The notes beneath the pieces were generated by a model. It did not search any database. It saw only the letters and a list, made by a program, of their open reading frames with translations, and was not told the DNA's origin. Positions 17,522 to 26,502 of a stretch of 64,000 nucleotides of DNA are shown here, piece after piece (position 1 is the first letter of the stretch; each line of letters starts with the position of its first letter). Source of the DNA: Candidatus Obscuribacteraceae bacterium (GTDB lineage Bacteria > Cyanobacteriota > Vampirovibrionia > Obscuribacterales > Obscuribacteraceae); assembly GCA_044229845.1 (NCBI GenBank), contig JBGASG010000007.1:1-64000 (forward strand), given 5' to 3'. The translations under genes and the position numbers were made by a program.

Positions 17522-17566
17522 AACGCATGGAGGGGAACCCCTGCTGGCCCCTCCATGTGTTTTTTA
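17522..17566 (+). terminator. Intrinsic terminator-like hairpin in the intergenic region upstream of allB
   Basis: catggagggg (17526-17535) / cccctccatg (17548-17557), followed by a T6 run; no + strand CDS directly upstream. Confidence 0.65.
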
Positions 17567-17607
17567 TTGGGCCGGCTGTTTCTGACAGCTGGCCTTATTT
17601 GTGTTTG

Positions 17608-17623
17608 CCACCAAATTTGGTGG
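17608..17623. promoter_or_regulatory. Perfect 16-bp palindrome CCACCAAATTTGGTGG upstream of allB, candidate operator
   Basis: Self-complementary; shares CACCA-W4-TGGTG with 13375-13390. Confidence 0.4.
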
Positions 17624-17785
17624 TTGCCATAGGGTGAAATTCGCGTAAGTTGGACCCCGTCTTGGGGCCCGAATCGCCCATTTGGTGGGACAATTTGAGC
17701 CTGTCTCAATTTATCGCTGGTCGGCCTGACCGCTGCTGCTGCATCTTTGTAGAGCCGCCCGGGGGCGCCTGAAGAGGATTTGCTT

Positions 17786-19171
17786 ATGACGACGGGTACT
17801 TCTGGAGAGTTTGCCATTGTTGGGAAACGGGTGCTGACGCCCGAAGGGCTGCAGGAAGCCGCGGTAATCGTCCGCGACGGAAAAATTGCCGAGGTCGTCA
17901 CACGTTCTCAGGTCCCGCAGTCGATGCCGGTCGAAGACGCGGGCGACCATGTCGTAATGCCGGGACTTGTTGATAGCCATGTGCACGTCAACGAACCCGG
18001 ACGCACCGAGTGGGAAGGCTTTGAAAGTGCCACGGCGGCGGCCGCTGCCGGCGGCATCACAACCATCGCCGATATGCCGCTCAACTCCAACCCGGTTACA
18101 ACTACCGCCGAAGCGCTCGAACACAAGCGCCAGGCAGCAAAGGGCAAATTGAAAGTCGACACAGCCTACCTGGGCGGCGTCATTCCCGGAAATGCCGGAC
18201 AGCTCGAGCCGCTCATCGATGCCGGAGTTTCCGGCTTCAAGTGCTTTTTGATCCACTCGGGCATCGACGATTTTCCAAATGTCACCGAGTCCGATCTCGA
18301 CCTGGCGATGCCGATTTTGGCTCGGCGCGGCGTGCCGCTTCTGGTGCACGCAGAACTTGAATGCGGCGCGCATCCCGATCCGCACTTTCACTGGTCTGAC
18401 CCGCGCTCGTACAGACAATTTGTGCAGTCGCGCCCGCGCCAATGGGAAAACGACGCTGTCGATCTAATGATCAAGTTGGCGCGCCGGCACAACTGCCGCG
18501 TGCACATCGTTCACCTTTCCTCTTCAGAGGCTCTGCCCGCTCTGAGAGCCGCCCAGAAAGAAGGAGTGCCGATCAGCGCCGAAACCTGCCCGCACTACCT
18601 GCACTTCCAGATGGAAACAATTCCCGATGGCGACCCGCGTTACAAATGCGCGCCGCCTATAAGAGAAGATGAGAACTGCAAGCTGCTCTGGCAAGCATTG
18701 GAAGACGGAACCATCGACTTTGTCGTTTCCGACCATTCGCCCTGTTCGCCGGATCTGAAGTTTCTTCAGGAAGGTGATTTGCAGAAAGCCTGGGGCGGCA
18801 TCGCCGGATTGCAATTCACACTCTGTTCAGTGTGGACATATGCGAAGGCGCGCGGCGTCTCGCTGGCTCAGATTTCGGCGTGGATGTCCGGCAATACAGC
18901 CCGGTTTCTCGGCGTCGACAGTTTTAAAGGCAAGTTGGCACCGGGCATGGATGCCGACATTGTTATCTTCGACCCCGATGCCACCACGCGCATCGAACGT
19001 GGTGGCATTCACCACAAGCACAAGGAAACCCCGTACGAAGGCAGAGAGCTGGCCGGCAAGGTTCTCGCCACATATCTGCGCGGCCGGAAAATCTATGAAC
19101 GCGGACAACACACTGATAAGTCCGCTACCGGTATGGAATTACTGCATAAAAAAGTGGGGAGCAAAGCCTGA
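17786..19171 (+). CDS. allB: Allantoinase
   Basis: DSHVHVNEPGRTEWEGFESAT, DMPLNS, GFKCFL, VHAE, HIVHLSS, ETCPHYL, KCAPPIR, SDHSP; GAGGA RBS before the ATG at 17786. Confidence 0.95.
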   Translation: MTTGTSGEFAIVGKRVLTPEGLQEAAVIVRDGKIAEVVTRSQVPQSMPVEDAGDHVVMPGLVDSHVHVNEPGRTEWEGFESATAAAAAGGITTIADMPLNSNPVTTTAEALEHKRQAAKGKLKVDTAYLGGVIPGNAGQLEPLIDAGVSGFKCFLIHSGIDDFPNVTESDLDLAMPILARRGVPLLVHAELECGAHPDPHFHWSDPRSYRQFVQSRPRQWENDAVDLMIKLARRHNCRVHIVHLSSSEALPALRAAQKEGVPISAETCPHYLHFQMETIPDGDPRYKCAPPIREDENCKLLWQALEDGTIDFVVSDHSPCSPDLKFLQEGDLQKAWGGIAGLQFTLCSVWTYAKARGVSLAQISAWMSGNTARFLGVDSFKGKLAPGMDADIVIFDPDATTRIERGGIHHKHKETPYEGRELAGKVLATYLRGRKIYERGQHTDKSATGMELLHKKVGSKA

Positions 19172-20250
19172 TGGAACGCGAACGTGGATTCAATCTGGAT
19201 GCCGCAGCCTTCACAGGGCTTGTGGACCTGGCTGCCGAAATCGTCGGTGGCAAAGCGTTGTTGTGCACAGACGACTTTTTTGCCGAGATGCAAAACATGT
19301 TGAAGCCAGGACGCGGTGTCTGGATTGACGGCAAGTATACGGATAAAGGCAAATGGATGGATGGCTGGGAGTCGCGGCGCAAGCGCGTTCCCGGGTATGA
19401 CTGGTGCATCGTCAAACTCGGCATTCCGGGTGTCATTCGGGGCGTCGACATCGACACCAACAACTTCCTCGGCAACCATCCGCCGTACGCATCTATTGAT
19501 GCGTTGAGTGCAGATAGCGACGCCTCGGGAGAAACACTCGCCAAGTCCGGCGAGTGGAAGGAAATTTTGCCCAAAGTGGCCTTGAAGCAAGGTTCTCAAA
19601 ACATTTTTGCTGTGTCCAGCGAAGAGCGCTTCACACACATTCGACTGAACATCTATCCAGATGGCGGCGTTGCTCGCTTGAAAGTCTATGGCGATGCGCG
19701 CCCTGACTTTTCGAAGGTGAAGGCTGACGAGGCGATCGACCTGGCGGCTATCGAACACGGCGGTATTGTTGTCGCTTGCAACGACATGTTCTTCGGCAAC
19801 AAAGACAACATGCTGTTGCCGGGACGAGCCGAGAATATGGGCGGCGGCTGGGAGACTCGGCGTCGTCGTGACAAAGGATATGACTGGGCGATTGTGCGCC
19901 TGGGTCAAGCCGGCAATTTGCAAAAAATGGAAATCGACACTAATTTCTATAAGGGCAACTATCCTGACTCGGCATGGGTGGAAGGAACCTATGCTCCCGG
20001 CGAGTTGATAGATAACTTGACGTGGCAAAACTACAAGTGGGAACCGGTGCTGCCGAAGACCAAGTTGCAAGCCGACCACCGGCATTACTTCGAGAAAGAG
20101 ATTGGTAATAAGGGTCCGTGGACGCATCTGCGTTTGTGCATCGAGCCGGACGGCGGTATCAGCCGATTCCGTGTTCATGGGACGCTAGCCGCGTCCAGTG
20201 GAGAAAAACAGGTCGCCACCGCGGGCAGTGCAAAGGCGCAGCGTCCATGA
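19171..20250 (+). CDS. alc: Allantoicase
   Basis: Two allantoicase repeats: DGWESRRKR...PDGGVARL and GGWETRRRR...PDGGISRF. Confidence 0.95.
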   Translation: MERERGFNLDAAAFTGLVDLAAEIVGGKALLCTDDFFAEMQNMLKPGRGVWIDGKYTDKGKWMDGWESRRKRVPGYDWCIVKLGIPGVIRGVDIDTNNFLGNHPPYASIDALSADSDASGETLAKSGEWKEILPKVALKQGSQNIFAVSSEERFTHIRLNIYPDGGVARLKVYGDARPDFSKVKADEAIDLAAIEHGGIVVACNDMFFGNKDNMLLPGRAENMGGGWETRRRRDKGYDWAIVRLGQAGNLQKMEIDTNFYKGNYPDSAWVEGTYAPGELIDNLTWQNYKWEPVLPKTKLQADHRHYFEKEIGNKGPWTHLRLCIEPDGGISRFRVHGTLAASSGEKQVATAGSAKAQRP

Positions 20251-20786
20251 GTGACACGACTGCCGCTGCCGGTGGGGTCAGCTGGTTGAACGGACTCAGC
20301 GAGGCACAAGCCGTTGAAGAGCTAGAGCGCTGCTGCGGATCGAAGACCTGGGCGGCGCAGATGTGTGCTCGCCGGCCATTTGCTGATCCCGAAGCCGTGC
20401 ACTCTGCTGCCGACGAAATCTGGAGCCGGGCATCCGAAGCTGATGTGCTGGAAGCGCTCAGTCATCATCCGAAAATCGGAGATGTGAGCAACCTGCGCGC
20501 AAAGTTTGCCTCCACCGAGAAGTGGGCAGCCAATGAGCAATCTGCTGTGTGCCGGGCCTCGGATGACGTGTTGCATGCATTGCACGCCGGCAACATCGAA
20601 TACGAATCGAAGTTCGGTTTCATTTTCGTGGTGTTTGCCACCGGCAAGAGTGCCGACCAGATGCTGGCTATTTTGCAGGAGCGGTTGCCGAACAGTCGCG
20701 AACAAGAACTGCAAAATGCCGCCGCAGAACAGCGCAAAATCACTCACAATCGTCTGGAGAAACTATGGCAACAGCAACATCCGTAA
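20247..20786 (+). CDS. uraD: OHCU decarboxylase
   Basis: CCGS..W...M...RPF, EALSHHPKIG, EQS, YESKFGFIFVVFATGKS, EQRKIT..RL; ATG 20247 overlaps the alc stop (ATGA). Confidence 0.92.
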   Translation: MSDTTAAAGGVSWLNGLSEAQAVEELERCCGSKTWAAQMCARRPFADPEAVHSAADEIWSRASEADVLEALSHHPKIGDVSNLRAKFASTEKWAANEQSAVCRASDDVLHALHAGNIEYESKFGFIFVVFATGKSADQMLAILQERLPNSREQELQNAAAEQRKITHNRLEKLWQQQHP

Positions 20787-21148
20787 GTCCAATCACCACG
20801 CACGTCCTCGATACGGCGCGTGGTCGTCCAGCCGCCGGCATTAAGGTGCGATTGGAAAAACTGGCAGGTCCGTCGTCCGCCGGCGGCGCCGACGAGAAGT
20901 GGCAGGACTTGGCCCAGGGAGCGACTAATCAAGATGGGCGGGTCGCCGATTTGCTGCAGGCCGGTGCGAAGCTGGAGACAGGCGTCTACAAATTGACGTT
21001 CGACACGCGTGCCTATTACGACAGTCTTGATACCAAGACCTTCTACCCCTACGTTTCGATCACCTTCGAAATCACCGAGCCGACGCAGCACTACCATGTG
21101 CCGCTTCTGCTCAGTCCCTTCGGCTATTCAACTTATCGCGGCAGCTAG
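20765..21148 (+). CDS. uraH: 5-hydroxyisourate hydrolase
   Basis: ITTHVLDTARGRPA, TNQDGR, FYP, HYHVPLLLSPFGYSTYRGS terminus; no signal peptide. Confidence 0.96.
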   Translation: MATATSVSPITTHVLDTARGRPAAGIKVRLEKLAGPSSAGGADEKWQDLAQGATNQDGRVADLLQAGAKLETGVYKLTFDTRAYYDSLDTKTFYPYVSITFEITEPTQHYHVPLLLSPFGYSTYRGS

Positions 21149-21150
21149 AC

Positions 21151-22533
21151 TTGAATCTCGAACTATCGCTGGGTTCCGACACTCTTGAGCGCATCTTCGC
21201 GCCCCTGGAATCTGCGCAGGCGGAATTCGTCAAACATTACAGCGTAGGAGCCCCGGGGCGGCAGCCGGTGCACACCGTATATGGTGGCGCCCAGCTGTTT
21301 AAAAGCGGCACTGTCGGTAAGCTGCAGCAACTGGCAGCGACAGCGTTCCACGAGTATTGCCAGAGCCCCGCGACCCTGGCTGACGTCTTCTCCTTGCCGA
21401 CGGACCTGGCGGAACAAGTACATGCGTTGGTCGACACTAAACTAAAACGCCAGGCCGTCGAAGACTACCGCATCGACTTCGAAGACGGCTACGGACACCG
21501 CGGGGACGAGGAAGAAGACGGACACGCTGCCGGAGCTGCCCGTGAAATGGCAAAAGCCATGAAAGAAGGGCTATTGCCGCCTTTCTCGGGCTTTCGAACC
21601 AAGGGTCTGACCGAAGGCGAAGTGCGTCTGCGAGCAGTCCGCACTTTAGATATTTTCCTCACCAACCTACTGGCACAAACTGAGGGAGTCCTGCCGGAAA
21701 ACTTCGTGGTGACGCTGCCCAAAGTTTCTCAAGTCGCGCAAGTGACGGCATTCGGTCAGCTGTTGTCGGCTCTGGAGTCGCGTCATCAGCTGTCTGTCGG
21801 CAGTATCAAGATCGAGCTCATGATCGAGACACCGCAGGCCTTCTTCGATCAAAAAGGAGCCCTTGCTCTGCCCGCGTTGCTGTCTGCCGCGCAGGGGCGT
21901 TGCCGGGGAGTGCATCTGGGCGCGTACGATTACACGGCGGCGCTGGAGATTGCGGCGCCAGAACAAAAGCTCGATCACCCCGCCTGCGACCTGGCTCGTG
22001 GGCTCATGCAGATGGCTTTCGCCGGCACAGGCGTCTGGTTGTCGGATGGTGCAACCAACGTGATGCCGATCCCGCTCCACCGGGCTGCCACCGGAGACGG
22101 TGCACCGGCATTGAGTGCCGCGCAACTTGAGGAGAATACGGCTACCGTTCACAATGCGTGGCGTCTCAGTTTCCGACACGTGACCGGTGCCATGAAAGCC
22201 GGTTTCTACCAGGGCTGGGATTTGCATCCCAGTCAGATACCGGTGCGCTACATTGCTGCGTACGCTTTCTTTTTGTCCAACCTGGACAGTGCCTCTGCCC
22301 GGTTGAAAAACTTCGTGGACCAGGCCGCACGAGCCACTTTAGTAGCCGACAAGTTCGATGATGCAGCCAGCGGACAGGGATTGCTCAATTTCTTTTTGCG
22401 GGCCCTCAGTTGCGGCGCTCTCAGCGAAGAACAGCAGGTGCAAGCAACCGGGCTGAGCCGGGAAGAGATCGAAACGCGGTCGTTTCTGGCGATCGTTAAA
22501 GGACGGCAGCGCCGCGAATGTCCCTGGATTTAA
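21151..22533 (+). CDS. HpcH/citrate-lyase/malate-synthase-like TIM-barrel enzyme (DUF6986-like)
   Basis: RQPVHTVYGGA, DYRIDFEDGYG, VTLPKV, ELMIET, GAYDY, SDGATN, GFYQGWDLHP; TTG start 2 nt after the uraH stop. Confidence 0.75.
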   Translation: MNLELSLGSDTLERIFAPLESAQAEFVKHYSVGAPGRQPVHTVYGGAQLFKSGTVGKLQQLAATAFHEYCQSPATLADVFSLPTDLAEQVHALVDTKLKRQAVEDYRIDFEDGYGHRGDEEEDGHAAGAAREMAKAMKEGLLPPFSGFRTKGLTEGEVRLRAVRTLDIFLTNLLAQTEGVLPENFVVTLPKVSQVAQVTAFGQLLSALESRHQLSVGSIKIELMIETPQAFFDQKGALALPALLSAAQGRCRGVHLGAYDYTAALEIAAPEQKLDHPACDLARGLMQMAFAGTGVWLSDGATNVMPIPLHRAATGDGAPALSAAQLEENTATVHNAWRLSFRHVTGAMKAGFYQGWDLHPSQIPVRYIAAYAFFLSNLDSASARLKNFVDQAARATLVADKFDDAASGQGLLNFFLRALSCGALSEEQQVQATGLSREEIETRSFLAIVKGRQRRECPWI

Positions 22534-22603
22534 ATCCCGCTTTTTTACGGGCGGCGGTCGCGGTATAACTGACTGAGACCACCGGAGCTGTCAAGAAAGA
22601 CTT

Positions 22604-23242
22604 ATGGGAACTCAAGCCAAGTTCAATCTCTTCGGTGGATTGTTCGAGCCGAGCGCTGACTTTTACGACATGCTCTCCAAGCAGGCGAACAAAACGCTGG
22701 AAGGCATGGAGGCTCTGCAAGAATGGCTGAGCAGCCAGGATGACGACGCGCGCGGGCAGGACGTGCGGGATCGAGAGCGCGAAGCGGATGAGCTGAAATT
22801 TGCCCTGGGCAAAAAGCTGGTCGAGACTTTTATCACACCCTTCGATCGTGAGGACGTTTACGACCTGTCGCTGTCGCTGGACGAAGTGATCAACGCAGCC
22901 AAAGGCACGGTGCGCGAAGTGGAAGCTTTTGAAGTTCCACGTCAGGTCAAAGGTATGTGCGACCTGGCGGCATTGCTGGTGGAAGGAACGCGTTGCCTGG
23001 CGGCCGCCTTTGCCGCATTGCGCACAGATCGGCGTGAAGCCGCCGAACAGGCGCTCATGGCCCGCAAGATCGAAAACAAAGTGACCAAAGCTTACCGGTT
23101 GGCAATCAGTGAACTCTTCGAAGAAGACGACATCAAAAGAATTCTGCGGTTTAAAGAGGTCTACAAAACGCTCTTGCTGGCTGCGGAAAAGATCGATGTC
23201 GTAGGCGAGAAACTGCTGCACGCCATCATCAAGATGGGCTAG
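22604..23242 (+). CDS. DUF47-family phosphate transport regulator (PhoU-like)
   Basis: EREADE...L..TFITPFDRED...LD motif; adjacent to a PiT transporter. Confidence 0.9.
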   Translation: MGTQAKFNLFGGLFEPSADFYDMLSKQANKTLEGMEALQEWLSSQDDDARGQDVRDREREADELKFALGKKLVETFITPFDREDVYDLSLSLDEVINAAKGTVREVEAFEVPRQVKGMCDLAALLVEGTRCLAAAFAALRTDRREAAEQALMARKIENKVTKAYRLAISELFEEDDIKRILRFKEVYKTLLLAAEKIDVVGEKLLHAIIKMG

Positions 23243-23249
23243 CGCCGCG

Positions 23250-24287
23250 ATGGTTGATTCCGAGATTTTGATCCCGGTGGTAATCATCCTGGCTCTGCTG
23301 TTCACTTACACGAACGGGTTTCAGGACGGCAGCAGCGTGGCCGCGAGCGGCATCGCGTCCCTGTCGATGAGCCCCCGGCAAGCGGTCTCGTTGGTGGCGG
23401 TCTTCGAGTTTATTGGTGCCATCGCAGGTGGTACCGCAGTCGCCACTACCATTCAGTCGATAGCCCACTGGCCGTCACAAGGCGTTTTGCTGCCCGTTTT
23501 GATGAGCGCACTGGTGGCGGCGATCAGCTGGAATTTCGTCACGCGCTCCCTGGGCATACCGTCCAGCTCGACTCATGCGCTGGTCGGCGGCATTCTGGGT
23601 GCGGTGGCAGCCGCCGGCGGTGTCAATCTGATTAACTGGGGAGAGATGAACCAGCTCTGGAACGCTACTGGTGTAAGCAGAGTGATTTGTTCGCTCATGC
23701 TTTCGCCGCCGTCCGGTTTCGTCGCCGGGTACTTGTTTCTCAACCTGTTCACGTTTCTTCTGCGGCGCGCGACTATGAAAGCGAACTCCTGGGTTCAGCG
23801 CTCGCAGTGGCTGGCCGTATCGGCACTGGCATTTGGTCATGGTTCCAACGACCCAGCCAAGTCGATGGGTTTGATCATCCTGGCGCTGACCAGTGCGGGT
23901 GTGACCAATCTCGGTGGTGTGCCTTTCTATATCAAGCTGGTCACCGGCATCGCCATGGTCCTGGGCGTAATTTCTTTTGCGCAGTTGATCGTCAAACGAG
24001 TCGGCACCGGCATCTACAAATTGCGACCACTGCACGCTCTTTGTTCGGAGCTGGCGTCAGCCTCGATTTTGACTGGGGCTTCGCTGACCGGCGGTCCGGT
24101 CTCAGCCTCGCAAGTGATTGCCTCAAGCATCATGGGCGTGGGCGCCGGTGCTCGATTCCGGGGTGTGCAGTGGCTGGTTGCCAAAGACATGCTGTTAGCC
24201 TGGCTTTTGACTATTCCGTGCTCAGGTTTGCTGGCGGCGCTTATCCATGCCGTATTGTTGTCGCACCTCAGTCCGGTGGTGAAGTGA
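23250..24287 (+). CDS. Inorganic phosphate transporter, PiT family
   Basis: NGFQD, GIPSSSTHALVGG, GHGSND, PVS motifs; multi-TM. Confidence 0.9.
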   Translation: MVDSEILIPVVIILALLFTYTNGFQDGSSVAASGIASLSMSPRQAVSLVAVFEFIGAIAGGTAVATTIQSIAHWPSQGVLLPVLMSALVAAISWNFVTRSLGIPSSSTHALVGGILGAVAAAGGVNLINWGEMNQLWNATGVSRVICSLMLSPPSGFVAGYLFLNLFTFLLRRATMKANSWVQRSQWLAVSALAFGHGSNDPAKSMGLIILALTSAGVTNLGGVPFYIKLVTGIAMVLGVISFAQLIVKRVGTGIYKLRPLHALCSELASASILTGASLTGGPVSASQVIASSIMGVGAGARFRGVQWLVAKDMLLAWLLTIPCSGLLAALIHAVLLSHLSPVVK

Positions 24288-24315
24288 CTCAGTGACTCAG
24301 AGGGGTGCTCGCATT

Positions 24316-24341
24316 CATTTATATAAGTACTTATATAAATG
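24316..24341. repeat. Perfect 26-bp AT-rich palindrome between convergent genes
   Basis: catttatataagtacttatataaatg equals its own reverse complement. Confidence 0.85.
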
Positions 24342-24367
24342 CGTAACGGGAGGGGTGTGGAGCCGGC

Positions 24368-25402
24368 TCACCTGCCGTGAAAGGCCAGCGAGTGCTGGAC
24401 CAATCGCATTGCCTCAGCTAGCTGGGAGTCTTTGCCCGGTTGCGTCGGAACACTGTAGTTGGGTGCGATGCCGACACCGTTGATACAACCAAGTTCGGGC
24501 AAGTAGTAACGCGCCATGGCAATCTTGATGGATGTGCCGTCATCGAATAACCAGGTATTCTGAATGACGCCCTTGCCGTAAGTATTGGAGCCGAGGAGCT
24601 TGGCTCGCTTATTGTCCTTCAGAGATCCGGCAAGCATCTCGGAGGCGGAGCGTGTGTTCATGTCCACCAGAACGAGCACAGGCTTTTTGCCGGTGAGATT
24701 GCCGACGCGGCTGCTCTGAGTAGTGACACCGTTTACGGTGCTGCGCAGTTTGTTGGACGTCACCTGCAGATCTTCCAGGTAGTCTTCGCCCGCGGCGCGT
24801 CCCCGCATCAAGGCGAAGTGACCTTTATCGACGAACATGCCGAATATTTTGTATGCCTCGTCGACGCAACCACCACGATTGCCGCGCAAGTCGAGGATAT
24901 AGGCACTGCAAGAGGAGGTCGCCGAAAGCGCTTGCTGTACCTCTTCAGCTGTGTGCCGGGAGGAGAATGTTTTGATTTGAATGTAAGCAACCTGCCCGGT
25001 CAGGTTTTTGTAGGTGACGACGTTATGCTGGTCGAACTCCAGCTCGCGGGCGCGAGTAGCCGCGGCGTCCCGATAATAGGTGTACTCGTCTTTGAGGGAT
25101 GAGATCAGTTCGTTGATGGCGTTTTCGGTCGTGCGCTGGTCGGTGAGCCGGCCATCGAACTTATGCTCCCAATCGCTCCACTGCGCCAGACGATCTGGAA
25201 ACATGGTGTTGTCAGCCAAAAGGCGCCAGACGGTGTGATAGCGCATCTCCAGGAGAGGCGGACACTCGGGTTCGAACCGGGGGAGCGTCAGCGTGGGGGC
25301 ATCGGAAGCGGCTTGCCGCGATTCGGATTGAACCGGGGTCTGAGCGCACAGGGAAGCGATGGTGAGCGAAATTAAGAGGGTGACTGCCTTGTGGAATAGC
25401 AT
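24368..25402 (-). CDS. S41-family (CtpA-like) secreted serine peptidase without an evident PDZ domain
   Basis: Signal peptide; DEYT, AYIQIKTF, LDLRGNRGG, SASEMLAG, TYGKG, GVGIAPN. Confidence 0.88.
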   Translation of the reverse strand: MLFHKAVTLLISLTIASLCAQTPVQSESRQAASDAPTLTLPRFEPECPPLLEMRYHTVWRLLADNTMFPDRLAQWSDWEHKFDGRLTDQRTTENAINELISSLKDEYTYYRDAAATRARELEFDQHNVVTYKNLTGQVAYIQIKTFSSRHTAEEVQQALSATSSCSAYILDLRGNRGGCVDEAYKIFGMFVDKGHFALMRGRAAGEDYLEDLQVTSNKLRSTVNGVTTQSSRVGNLTGKKPVLVLVDMNTRSASEMLAGSLKDNKRAKLLGSNTYGKGVIQNTWLFDDGTSIKIAMARYYLPELGCINGVGIAPNYSVPTQPGKDSQLAEAMRLVQHSLAFHGR

Positions 25403-25665
25403 ATGCAGGATTCCGGATTTTAGATGAACTAAGGTTCCTTAGTAAGAGTGAGTCGCTAAGCGGCTTTGGAGGAAACGCCTCCTCTACTATTATTACTAAG
25501 ATAGTCGTTCTTGACAAGGGGGAAGTTATGTGAAGGGTAGTCCTGGGGCTGATTTCGAGCTACGCCAGGAATCTGGCGTTGGGGCGCTGCCATCACATGC
25601 GGCGGCATGGGAGTGGGCGTCGATGCCCGCAACCGTCAGCTAGGCTTGATTTGCGAGATACCAGG

Positions 25666-26343
25666 TTATTTGAACAGTGCGAAAAACTTCTGCAGTGCCG
25701 ACTGCACTTTCGGTTGATGCGAGAGCAGTTTGACCTGTCCCTCAGCCCATTCCAGTTTGGCTTCCAGATAGCCGTTGCGGTAAGCAGCCGCTTCGAGTTT
25801 GGCTTCCAGTTCCGCCACTTTCGCTTGCAACTGCAACGTGAGCGGGCTGACCTGTACGTCGACAGGCTCGATGACTACATCGGCTTCCACTCTTTGCGGA
25901 AGCTTTCTGCGGGGCTTTGTTTCTTTCGGGACAGACACCGTCGAGGTTTCCGGAGCTGCCACCAATGGTGCAACATCCTTTGGTGGTGCTTCAGTCAAAT
26001 TGGGGTCGACGGTCGGAGGTAAGAGAAACGGCGGTTCGGTCGCCTGCGACTGCGGGAATTGCGATTCAACACTGGCAGGCAATCCGAGTGGATATACGCG
26101 CCAGTTCTTGCGACCGAGTTTGCGACCGGCGATTTCACCGAGTTTGATCTTGGTTTTGATTTCGCGTGCCGGCAGTCCGTAATAGTGCTCGGCTTGACCG
26201 AGGGTCAGTCCATTGTCTGTCTCTAATTTGACCGATTCTTCTTCGAAAAGCTGATCGAGACCGGCAAGCGCCACGCGCTCACCATCAGAACTGACGGGGG
26301 ACCCTTCCGTGCTCGCCACGAATTCCGCAGGGTTCGACTGCAT
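25666..26343 (-). CDS. Hypothetical protein with MerR/excisionase-type HTH, C-terminal coiled coil and amphipathic tail
   Basis: LTLGQAEHYYGLPAREIKTKIKLGEIAGRK...WRV; LQAKVAELEAKLEAAAYRNGYLEAKL; ends LQKFFALFK. Confidence 0.65.
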   Translation of the reverse strand: MQSNPAEFVASTEGSPVSSDGERVALAGLDQLFEEESVKLETDNGLTLGQAEHYYGLPAREIKTKIKLGEIAGRKLGRKNWRVYPLGLPASVESQFPQSQATEPPFLLPPTVDPNLTEAPPKDVAPLVAAPETSTVSVPKETKPRRKLPQRVEADVVIEPVDVQVSPLTLQLQAKVAELEAKLEAAAYRNGYLEAKLEWAEGQVKLLSHQPKVQSALQKFFALFK

Positions 26344-26502
26344 GCAAAAACCTCGACGCTAACCAAGAGATTATCAATGGTGCGGATCTTCGTGTCGAGT
26401 CATCCTGGAATATATGCTTTCGGCAATCACTCGCCGAGCACGGAATTTCACTGCGTGTTATGCTGTCACTTGAATCCGCACCGCAAGCCAATTCCCTTTG
26501 TA

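Noticed and set aside
17460..17780. Known ncRNA (SRP RNA, 6S, hammerhead, purine or xanthine riboswitch)
   Set aside because: Partial motifs (tcagg, agcag, ggaaa) are not in the required order or spacing; kept only as an unassigned structure.
20118..20246. Longer ORF-track starts for uraD (also xdhC 34039, Rieske 30080, xdhA 37855, SDH 63037)
   Set aside because: Downstream ATGs give coupled stop/start junctions, RBSs or family-typical N-termini.
24316..24341. Chromosomal dif site
   Set aside because: ATAA-TTAT spacer is 4 bp rather than 6, the arms are fully symmetric, and there is no TTATGTTAAAT-like XerD arm.
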